Of a DNA stretch of 64,000 nt, positions 56,833 to 64,000 are shown piece by piece. Source of the stretch: Patescibacteria group bacterium (lineage in GTDB: Bacteria > Patescibacteriota > Patescibacteriia > JACRDY01). The notes below the pieces were generated by a model, which was given only the letters and a program-made list of their open reading frames with translations, had not been told where the DNA came from and ran no database searches. Within the stretch, counting starts at the first letter, position 1, and every line of letters begins with the position of its first letter. Made by a program: the position numbers and the translations under genes. Location of the stretch: contig JBAZBH010000004.1 in assembly GCA_041671565.1 (NCBI GenBank), positions 9,308 through 73,307 of the forward strand, in the 5' to 3' direction.

Positions 56833-56913
56833 ATGACTTGTGGTTGCTGTTGCGGCGGGATGAAGAAAAAAACCGCCCCCAAAAAGAAAGTTAAAAAAGC
56901 GAAGAAAAAATAA
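56833..56913 (+). CDS. Putative 26-aa Cys/Lys-rich microprotein MTCGCCCGGMKKKTAPKKKVKKAKKK
   Basis: Read directly; fills the gap between the repeat and scpA. Confidence 0.5.
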   Translation: MTCGCCCGGMKKKTAPKKKVKKAKKK

Positions 56914-56918
56914 ACTCT

Positions 56919-57605
56919 GTGGTTTATCAGATAGCGAGTGAACAATTTTCCGGGCCGCTGGATTTGCTTTTACATTTGATTGAAGGCGAAAAACTGGATA
57001 TCACCAAGATCTCGTTGGCAAAAGTCGCCGACGAGTATTTGCGTTTCGTCCAGGCCGAAGCCAAAATCGATCCGCAGGATTTGGCGGATTTTTTGATGGT
57101 GGCTGCTAAGTTGATTTTGATTAAATCCAAAGCGTTGCTCCCTAATTTTGAACTTGAGGCCGAGGGTGACTTGGAAATTCAACTAAAACTTTACAAAGAG
57201 TTTTTGGCCGCGTCCAAGGTGGTGGAAGGGCTGATCAAGCAAAAAAAATTCAGCTATTCGCGCGAGAAATTGCCCGTGGGGATTGAGCCGGAGTTTAACC
57301 CGCCCAAAAAACTGACCGGCGAGAAAATGGCGGAAATTTTTTGGCTCGCTCTCGCGCGGCTGGAGCCGATTGTCCATTTGCCAGAGAAAACTCTAGAACG
57401 GGTGATTAACATCGAAGAGCGGATCCGGCACATTAAAGATTATATTATCAATAAAATTCAGACGACTTTTCATGAGATTGTCGGGCGCGGCGATAAAGCT
57501 GAAGCGATTGTCAGTTTTTTGGCGCTCCTGGAACTGGTGAAGCAGAGGACGCTGGTGATGGACCAGGAGGAGTTGTTCGGGGATATTACGGTAAAGAAAA
57601 TATAA
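56919..57605 (+). CDS. scpA: Segregation and condensation protein A
   Basis: F.GPLDLLLHLI, A..L.IKSKALLP, FLALLEL, Q..LFGDI. Confidence 0.95.
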   Translation: MVYQIASEQFSGPLDLLLHLIEGEKLDITKISLAKVADEYLRFVQAEAKIDPQDLADFLMVAAKLILIKSKALLPNFELEAEGDLEIQLKLYKEFLAASKVVEGLIKQKKFSYSREKLPVGIEPEFNPPKKLTGEKMAEIFWLALARLEPIVHLPEKTLERVINIEERIRHIKDYIINKIQTTFHEIVGRGDKAEAIVSFLALLELVKQRTLVMDQEELFGDITVKKI

Positions 57606-57609
57606 TAGC

Positions 57610-57813
57610 AGAATCAAGAATCATGAATTAAGAATCAAGAGTAAATGCCCAATGTCCAAATACCAATGACCAAGCAAACTTAGCAGCCGCATACGACATA
57701 CCATATACGATATACCGACCAAGATGATAAGTAGTTAGAATGGGAATAAAGAATTAGGAAATTAAGATCCGCCAGCTGGCGGGCTTAATTCTTAATTCTT
57801 AATTCTTAATTCT
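57610..57813. repeat. Composite nested heptamer element (AAGAATC, CCAATG and CATATAC blocks plus a CCGCC hairpin)
   Basis: Mosaic of blocks shared with 293-460 and 28442-28637. Confidence 0.8.
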
Positions 57814-57819
57814 ACTTTT

Positions 57820-58374
57820 GTGTCTACCCTAAAATCCAAACTCGAAAGCCTATTATTCATTTCGCCGAAGCCTTTGTCGCTCGGTAAACTTGCCGAACTG
57901 ACCGAACAAGGCAAAGAAGCGGTGGGTGAGGCGCTAAAACAGCTAATGGTGGAAACTGCCGATCGTGGCATCGTCATTAAGCAGGCGGATGATAAATTTC
58001 AAATGATGACTAGCGGCGACAACCATAAGCTGGCGCAGGATTTTGTTAAAGAAGAAATCACCGGTGAATTAACGCGGCCGTCACTGGAAACTCTAACCGT
58101 GGTTGCTTACCGCGGGCCGATAACCAAAACCGAGCTGGAGTTGATCCGCGGCGTGAACTGCAGTCTGATTTTACGGAATTTAATGATTCGCGGGCTAGTG
58201 GAAGAGAGCGAAGACAAGCAACGGGGTTTGCTTTATCAGGTTACGCTTGATTTTCTCAAACATTTAGGCCTGCAGCAGATCAGCGATTTGCCAGATTACC
58301 AAAAATTAAACCAAGATGAAAATCTGCAAAAACTGCTCGCCGCGACGCCGACAGCGCCAGAAGCCGTTGAATAA
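57820..58374 (+). CDS. scpB: Segregation and condensation protein B
   Basis: ESLLF...PL, LETL.VVAY..PITK..E.IRGVN, FL..GL..L.DLP. Confidence 0.95.
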   Translation: MSTLKSKLESLLFISPKPLSLGKLAELTEQGKEAVGEALKQLMVETADRGIVIKQADDKFQMMTSGDNHKLAQDFVKEEITGELTRPSLETLTVVAYRGPITKTELELIRGVNCSLILRNLMIRGLVEESEDKQRGLLYQVTLDFLKHLGLQQISDLPDYQKLNQDENLQKLLAATPTAPEAVE

Positions 58375-58386
58375 TACGATTAAATT

Positions 58387-59349
58387 ATGTTCTCGGTTTT
58401 ATTAAATTTAATTTTTTCCGTTATTTTAACTAAGGCTGATTGGCCGCAAGTTGAACGAGAGTATTTTATTGCGCCAATTGCTGAAACAGTTGAGATTATT
58501 CCGCAAAGCGGGGGAGACCAAGTTTATGCCGGTCGGCTCAAGTCCGCAGCGGATAAGCCGGTAGCGCCGAAGAAAATTAACCAAAACAGTTTAGGTGTGG
58601 AAGTGACGGCGCTTAGCGGATTAGCGGTTGATTGGGACAGCGGTAAGGTTTTGTGGGAGAAAAACTCCGGTGAGAAAAGGTCTTTGGCGAGCCTGACTAA
58701 ATTGATGACCGCCTTGGTTTTTCTGGAACATAATCCAGGCTGGGATAAAGAGGTGGAAATCACCGCCGAAGACCAGCGGGAAGGTGGCGCTAATTTTTTC
58801 TTGGTCGGTGAGACTACAACAGTTCGTGATTTATTTTATTCTACTTTAATTGGCTCGATCAATTGTTCGGCGGTGGCTTTAGCCCGTTCCACCGGTTTGA
58901 GCGAAGCTGACTTTGCCCGAGCGATGCAACAAAAAGCTAAAGCGTTGGACTTGGTATCGGCGATTTTTGTTGAACCGACCGGCCTGCTTGACGGCAATCA
59001 AGCCACAGCCGAGGACACGATAAAGCTTTTGCGGGCGGCGCTCGGCAATACGGCGATTGGCAATGCCACTACGCTGGGCAGTTATGAAGTTAATATTTTG
59101 AATAAAAATAGTAAACGGACGGTAAGTAATACTGATTGGCTTCTGGGCGGCTTTCTCAATCAATCACCTTATAGCATATTAGGCGGCAAGACCGGCTACA
59201 TTGATAACGCCGGCTATTGTTTGGGGCTTGGCGTGGAGCGCGGCGGCCGGCGAGTGCTTTCGGTGATGCTCGGCAGTAATAGCTTAGAAAACCGCTTTCA
59301 GGACACTAAGGCCGTGGTGGATTGGATTTTCCGTAATTATCAGTGGTAG
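58387..59349 (+). CDS. Peptidase S11 D-alanyl-D-alanine carboxy/endopeptidase
   Basis: SLTK (SxxK), SIN (SxN), KTG motifs. Confidence 0.92.
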   Translation: MFSVLLNLIFSVILTKADWPQVEREYFIAPIAETVEIIPQSGGDQVYAGRLKSAADKPVAPKKINQNSLGVEVTALSGLAVDWDSGKVLWEKNSGEKRSLASLTKLMTALVFLEHNPGWDKEVEITAEDQREGGANFFLVGETTTVRDLFYSTLIGSINCSAVALARSTGLSEADFARAMQQKAKALDLVSAIFVEPTGLLDGNQATAEDTIKLLRAALGNTAIGNATTLGSYEVNILNKNSKRTVSNTDWLLGGFLNQSPYSILGGKTGYIDNAGYCLGLGVERGGRRVLSVMLGSNSLENRFQDTKAVVDWIFRNYQW

Positions 59350-59399
59350 AGTGATTTTTACAAGAAAACAAAAAATACCATATAAGTTATGGTATCTTT

Positions 59400-59476
59400 T
59401 GGTAGCTGGGGAGGGAGTTGAACCCTCGACCTCGGGCTTATGAGTCCCACGCTCTAACCAACTGAGCTACCCAGCC
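59400..59476 (-). tRNA. tRNA with CAT anticodon (elongator Met, or Ile2)
   Basis: GGCTGGG TA GCTC..GAGC G TGGGA CT CAT AA GCCCG AGGTC GAGGG TTCAACT CCCTC CCCAGCT A CCA. Confidence 0.93.
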
Positions 59477-59511
59477 ACGAAATAAATATAAATTGTTAAA
59501 TTAACATAGTT

Positions 59512-59580
59512 TTACGAGCCCCACGCTCTAACCAGCCCCGGGCCGACGACCCGCTAGGGCCGGGCCTGAGCTACCCAGCC
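59512..59580 (-). pseudogene. 5'-half duplicate of the CAT tRNA with a ~30-bp GC palindrome in the D-loop
   Basis: GGCTGGGTAGCTCAG-[GCCCGGCCCTAGCGGGTCGTCGGCCCGGGGC]-TGGTTAGAGCGTGGGGCTCGTAA; no T arm. Confidence 0.8.
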
Positions 59581-59600
59581 AAGACTCAAAAACTTCTACC

Positions 59601-59667
59601 ATTTTAGATGAATATAGGGCAAAAGTCAACTTTATCCTTTGACAGTTTAGTAAATTTAGATTAGACT
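59601..59667. promoter_or_regulatory. Back-to-back divergent tRNA promoters
   Basis: Minus strand TTGACT-17-TAAAAT (59629-59601); plus strand TTGACA-17-TAGACT (59639-59667). Confidence 0.65.
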
Positions 59668-59694
59668 GATAACTGAATTAAGCTATTTTAACCG

Positions 59695-59778
<84 letters not shown>

Positions 59779-59848
59779 TTTAAAAAATTGGTTTAGATTC
59801 TTGCTTTTTTCCAAAAAAGAGAATATAGTATAATCCTCTATTAAATAT

Positions 59849-59925
59849 CGCGGGGTAGAGCAGTCTGGCAGCTCGTCGGGCTCATAACCCGAAGGTCGTC
59901 GGTTCAAATCCGACCCCCGCAACCA
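59849..59925 (+). tRNA. Initiator tRNA-fMet (CAT)
   Basis: C1:A72 mismatch, three consecutive G-C pairs in the anticodon stem, encoded CCA. Confidence 0.97.
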
Positions 59926-60017
59926 AGAAACTATTTTTGAATAAAAAGTAGTTTTTTGTTTGAAAAAATGTTATAATTAAGCCACGCGTTAATATAAAGG
60001 TTAGGTTTAATTAAGGT

Positions 60018-60782
60018 ATGGCGAGAGTAATTTCCATTGTTAATCAGAAAGGCGGAGTGGGGAAGACCACGACCGCGGTGAATCTGGCGGCTTATCTCGC
60101 TAAATACGGCCGCAATGTTTTGCTGGTTGATATGGATCCGCAGGCGAACGCCACTTCGGGCCTAGGAATCGACCATCAGACTTTGCCCTATGGCATTTAT
60201 GAGGTAATTGCCGGTCTGCAGCCTTTGCGCCAAGTGGTGGTGGGCACAGCGCACGCGGGGCTAAAAGTGGCGCCGGCGACGATTTCGCTTGCTGGGGCGA
60301 GTGTGGAACTGGTTAATGAAGCGGAAAGGGAATTTAAGCTTTATCGCGCTCTTTTGGAAGGGGCCGGGGCTTATGATTATATTTTAGTTGACTGTCCGCC
60401 GTCACTCGGTTTAATCACGATTAACAGCTTAACCGCCGGCGATGAAGTGCTGATTCCGGTCCAAGCCGAGTATTACGCCCTAGAAGGACTGGGTCAGCTT
60501 TTAAACACTATTAATTTAGTCAAAGAGAATTTAAAGCCGAATTTAAATATCTTGGGCGCGGTGTTGACCATGTATGACCGCCGCAACAAACTGTCCAATG
60601 AAGTGATGGAACAGCTTTACCAGTATTTTCCTAACCGAATTTTCCGTTCCGTGATTCCGCGGGTGGTGCAACTGGCGGAAGCGCCGTCGCACGGTAAATC
60701 AATTTTGCATTATCGGCCGTTGTCGCGCGGCGCTTGGGCCTATGACCGGCTGGCAAGGGAAGTGATGGCAACGGAAAAATAG
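60018..60782 (+). CDS. parA: Chromosome partitioning ATPase ParA/Soj
   Basis: NQKGGVGKTTT, DMDPQANAT, DCPPSLG, EYYALEGL, EAPSHG. Confidence 0.97.
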   Translation: MARVISIVNQKGGVGKTTTAVNLAAYLAKYGRNVLLVDMDPQANATSGLGIDHQTLPYGIYEVIAGLQPLRQVVVGTAHAGLKVAPATISLAGASVELVNEAEREFKLYRALLEGAGAYDYILVDCPPSLGLITINSLTAGDEVLIPVQAEYYALEGLGQLLNTINLVKENLKPNLNILGAVLTMYDRRNKLSNEVMEQLYQYFPNRIFRSVIPRVVQLAEAPSHGKSILHYRPLSRGAWAYDRLAREVMATEK

Positions 60783-60990
60783 ATTTAAGAATTAAGATTT
60801 AGGATTTAAGAATGCCGGTCATTAGAGTTTAAACTATAAACCTAGTTAAAAATGTCCAATATCCAAATCCCAATATCCAATCAATGTCCAATGACTAAAG
60901 GTGGTAATTGGACATTGGTCATTGGGATTTGATCGGTCATTGGAGCTTGGGCATTGGGCATTTATTCTTAAATCTTAAATCTTAAATCTA
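60780..60990. repeat. Composite family A element (AGATTTA outer arms, CCAAT inner arms)
   Basis: Inverted copy of 61852-62047. Confidence 0.9.
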
Positions 60991-60999
60991 CTTAAAAAT

Positions 61000-61860
61000 A
61001 TGTCTCTCGGCCGCGGTCTAGATTCACTTATTCCCAAAAAGATTGTTTTGCCGTCCTCGCCTTCGCCTGACAAACCGGACGAAACCGTGGGCGGGGAGCG
61101 GATTTTGCAATTGGCGCCGAGCCAGATCGCGGTTAATCCGCACCAGCCGCGGCAGGAGTTTGGCCATGCTGACCTGGAAGAGCTGATTAATTCCATTAAG
61201 GAACACGGCATTCTGCAACCATTAATTGTGACTAAAGTTGGCAACGGCTATGAATTAATTGCCGGGGAGCGGCGGCTGCGCGCGGCCAAAGTTTTGGAAT
61301 TGGGGGCGGTGCCGGCGATTGTCCGTGAAGCGAGTGAAAACGAGAAACTGGAACTGGCGATTATTGAGAATATCCAGCGCAAAAATCTTAATCCAATCGA
61401 AGAGGCAGTGGCTTACCGGCGGCTAATGGAAGAGTTTTCCCTGACCCAAGAAGAAACTGCCAAGAAAGTCAGCAAGTCGCGGGCGGCCGTCGCCAATGTT
61501 CTCCGACTTTTAGATTTACCAGCCGAAGTGCAGGAGGCGATTTCCCAGGAAAAAATCTCTGAGGGCCACGCCAAAATCCTCGCCGGCATTAATGATCCGG
61601 CCGAGCAACTGAAATTTTTCAAAAAAATTGTTGAGGAAAAGCTTAATGTCCAGGATACCGCCACTGTCGTCCGGGCAACCAAACCGGGCAAAGCGGCGAA
61701 ACCTTTGGCCTTGCCCGACGCGGAAACTCTTGCCCAAGAAGAAACGCTCCGCGGCAAATTGGGGACTAAAGTAAAAATCGAGAAGCAGGGCGGGCGGGGC
61801 AAGATAATTGTAGAATTTTATTCAGAGGAGGAGTTGAGGGGGTTGATAGAAAGGATTTAG
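61000..61860 (+). CDS. parB: Chromosome partitioning protein ParB/Spo0J
   Basis: LGRGLDSLI, NP.QPR, GILQP, IAGERRLRA, ENIQR..LNPIEEA. Confidence 0.97.
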   Translation: MSLGRGLDSLIPKKIVLPSSPSPDKPDETVGGERILQLAPSQIAVNPHQPRQEFGHADLEELINSIKEHGILQPLIVTKVGNGYELIAGERRLRAAKVLELGAVPAIVREASENEKLELAIIENIQRKNLNPIEEAVAYRRLMEEFSLTQEETAKKVSKSRAAVANVLRLLDLPAEVQEAISQEKISEGHAKILAGINDPAEQLKFFKKIVEEKLNVQDTATVVRATKPGKAAKPLALPDAETLAQEETLRGKLGTKVKIEKQGGRGKIIVEFYSEEELRGLIERI

Positions 61861-62047
61861 GATTTAAGAATAAATGCCCAATGACCAAGCTCCAATGACC
61901 AATCAATGTCCAATGACTAATGTCCAATAACCGACTTTTGGCATTTGGCATTGATTGGACATTGGGATTTGGAAATTGGACATTTTTAACTAGGTTTATG
62001 GTTTAAACGCGAACTGCCGGCATTCTTAAATTCTAAATCTTAAATCT
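61852..62047. repeat. Composite family A element
   Basis: Same orientation as 293-460; inverted relative to 60780-60990. Confidence 0.9.
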
Positions 62048-62051
62048 TTTT

Positions 62052-62570
62052 ATGAAAATTATTGTTGGTCTCGGCAATCCCGGCAAAGAATACGCCAAAA
62101 CCCGCCATAATCTAGGCTGGTTGGTTTTGGATAAGCTGGCCGGCAAAAATAAATGGCAAGAGAATAAAAAAGCCAAAGCTTTATTTTTGGCCGCCGAAAT
62201 TGACGGGCAAGAAGCGCTACTGGTTAAACCGACGACTTTTATGAATAACTCCGGCCTGGCGGTTAGGGCGATGATAAAGAAATACAATTTAAAACCAAGC
62301 GACTTGATTGTGGTTCATGATGATAAAGACTTGGACTTCGGCCGGATCAAAGTGACCGGGGACTCTGGCTCCGCCGGGCATAACGGCGTTAAATCGTTAA
62401 TTGATGTTTTGGGCACACAAAAATTTATTCGCGTTCGAGTGGGAGTGAAAAATGAGTTATTAGAAAAAATGCCGACGGATAAGTTTGTTTTGGGGCGATT
62501 TAATAAGGAAGAAATCAAACAACTCGACAATATTCTTAAAGAAATAATTGCCAAAATATGCCAGAATTAG
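62052..62570 (+). CDS. pth: Peptidyl-tRNA hydrolase
   Basis: IVGLGNPG.EY..TRHN, KP.TFMNNSG, VVHDD, GHNGVKS. Confidence 0.97.
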   Translation: MKIIVGLGNPGKEYAKTRHNLGWLVLDKLAGKNKWQENKKAKALFLAAEIDGQEALLVKPTTFMNNSGLAVRAMIKKYNLKPSDLIVVHDDKDLDFGRIKVTGDSGSAGHNGVKSLIDVLGTQKFIRVRVGVKNELLEKMPTDKFVLGRFNKEEIKQLDNILKEIIAKICQN

Positions 62571-63733
62571 CAGGGGAATATCCGATAAAAGGGGATGAGG
62601 CCTTTTCCGCAGAAGCTAAGGAAAGCCAAATTGAGCCGGAAGGCATTGAATTTTCTATAGTAAAAGATTATAAAATACCGGGCAAGGAAGAAAGAGGCCA
62701 GCATGAGTTATTGGCTGAAGCTATGGGCCAATTAATCCATAAGATTAAAGAGGGCCATTATGCCAGCGTGGTATTTTTAGACAAAGCCGCTCGGCCGCTA
62801 GTTACAATGTTGCAGGATATGTGGCCGTATAATTTTGATGCCAATGGTAAATTGGTTGGCTTAGAAGAAGATGGGTCTCACTTACCAACCATAAATTTTT
62901 TAAATGTGGGTACGGAAACGGAAGAAGTTTTTACAAATTATTTTACCGGTAAAAAGAAGAAAAATTCTTTGATATCTGGGGCAGAAAAGCAATTGCAGAC
63001 GGCTACGGCGGCGAAAGATAATTTAGAAGAAACAATTTTGGCCGGTCCATATTCTAGGGCAATTGGTTATTTCCGATATCAAAACAGTTGGCTTGGTTAT
63101 CTTGAAGGTAAAAGTGAAGAAGAAAAAAAAGAAATAGAAAATATAGTAGAGATATTCTCAAAGGCTAAAGATGAAGTTGGGCATTGGAAAGATCTAGAGT
63201 CTCGGGTAAGAAATGAAGGATATTTTATTCCTCAATTTGTTGAAGATAATGATTACGCTAGATTAATGTCGTTGATTACCAATGATATGACTATTGAGGC
63301 TGTTGGCAAAGAAAAACTACAGAAGTTGGTAAAAGAGTATGCTTTGTTTAAAAATAGTGGGCCAGTATTAATTGTTGATGAATATTCTAATACCGGCCAA
63401 TCTTTGGAACTGGCAAAAAAAGTTATAGAAGCCGGCATGGCTTTAAAAGACAAAAATAATTTAATTGACGGATATAATTTTTCCGACGAGCGGCGAAGCT
63501 ATCTTTTTACAAAAGAAGATGGTTTTCGCGTTAATCCGCCTTGGCGAGAAAGCTCGTCTCAGTCGGAAATGAGAGGTGTCACTGGCGTAGTGGATCCGGC
63601 CGAAGGCGAATTGACCGCCGAAAAATATGGCCGAGAAAATCCAGAAGCCGCCAAGCGCGTACAACAACTGAGGGCTGAATTGCATGCCATCGCCAATAAA
63701 TATTTGGAAAAAGAAAAAGAAAGGTTGACATAA
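62558..63733 (+). CDS. Hypothetical protein with a PRTase-like motif
   Basis: 391-codon ORF; VLIVDEYSNTGQSL resembles a PRPP-binding loop; AT-rich. Confidence 0.7.
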   Translation: MPELAGEYPIKGDEAFSAEAKESQIEPEGIEFSIVKDYKIPGKEERGQHELLAEAMGQLIHKIKEGHYASVVFLDKAARPLVTMLQDMWPYNFDANGKLVGLEEDGSHLPTINFLNVGTETEEVFTNYFTGKKKKNSLISGAEKQLQTATAAKDNLEETILAGPYSRAIGYFRYQNSWLGYLEGKSEEEKKEIENIVEIFSKAKDEVGHWKDLESRVRNEGYFIPQFVEDNDYARLMSLITNDMTIEAVGKEKLQKLVKEYALFKNSGPVLIVDEYSNTGQSLELAKKVIEAGMALKDKNNLIDGYNFSDERRSYLFTKEDGFRVNPPWRESSSQSEMRGVTGVVDPAEGELTAEKYGRENPEAAKRVQQLRAELHAIANKYLEKEKERLT

Positions 63734-63832
63734 TAGTCGGTTGAGGTAAATATTGAAGCGGCTAAGAAGATGATTGAGGTGTTATAAAAGCAGCAAAGGT
63801 TTTAGTTCAGTTGATAAAGTAAAAATTGCGAT

Positions 63833-64000
63833 ATGAGTGGTAACCAGAAAATTGAATCAAATATCTGGAAATACTATCTAGCGGTTTCGCTGGCTTATTT
63901 TGCATTTTATACGCCGATTATACAGCTATTTTATCTTGATCGCGGTTTAACTATTCTTAAAATCGCGATTCTGGGAATTGTCTGGACTATAGTAAAAATG
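63833..64000 (+). CDS. MFS transporter, N-terminal fragment (runs off the window)
   Basis: MSGNQKIESNIWKYYL...PIIQLFYLDRGLT...IAIL, open to the end of the window. Confidence 0.7.
   Translation, partial: MSGNQKIESNIWKYYLAVSLAYFAFYTPIIQLFYLDRGLTILKIAILGIVWTIVKM

Noticed and set aside
60018-61860. parS sites near parAB
   Set aside because: No TGTTTCACGTGAAACA-like palindrome seen by eye

Overview
A 64-kb chromosomal window that looks like a Patescibacteria (CPR) genome, probably a Parcubacteria/ABY1-type lineage. This is inferred from the gene repertoire, the mostly SD-less AT-rich starts, VirB2-like pilin fusions, a VirD4-like ATPase and an AspS lacking the GAD domain; the genetic code is standard code 11. 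Almost all genes lie on the + strand. Housekeeping genes: secY (3' end), lepB, hisS, HIT, rpsU, yqeY, ybeY-ftsA-ftsZ, cysS, dusB, adk-map, yqgF-recO, asnS, aspS, ybaK-like, scpA-scpB, a peptidase S11, parA-parB and pth, plus four tRNAs (Asn-GTT, Met/Ile2-CAT, Leu-CAA, fMet). A 17-kb surface-protein locus encodes two pilin-anchored Cys-rich proteins (about 765 and 4177 aa) and three TSP3-repeat membrane proteins. Accessory genes include a RAYT transposase with REPs, an AT-rich REase-DGQHR-HEPN gene, an Mrr-like nuclease, and two ATP-grasp ligases next to a KamA. The most striking observation is a probably leaderless 18-aa peptide with 7 consecutive Asn codons, followed by mutually exclusive antiterminator and terminator hairpins, upstream of tRNA-Asn. 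This is the layout of ribosome-mediated attenuation, apparently controlling a tRNA gene. That tRNA-Asn is itself nested inside a split, diverged tRNA-Asn copy. Intergenic spaces hold about 20 palindromic elements built from tandem 7-9-mers, GC-rich mini-hairpin inserts with visible filled/empty site pairs, and a twice-repeated ~400-bp element with covarying stems. All calls come from reading the sequence by eye; no searches were run.
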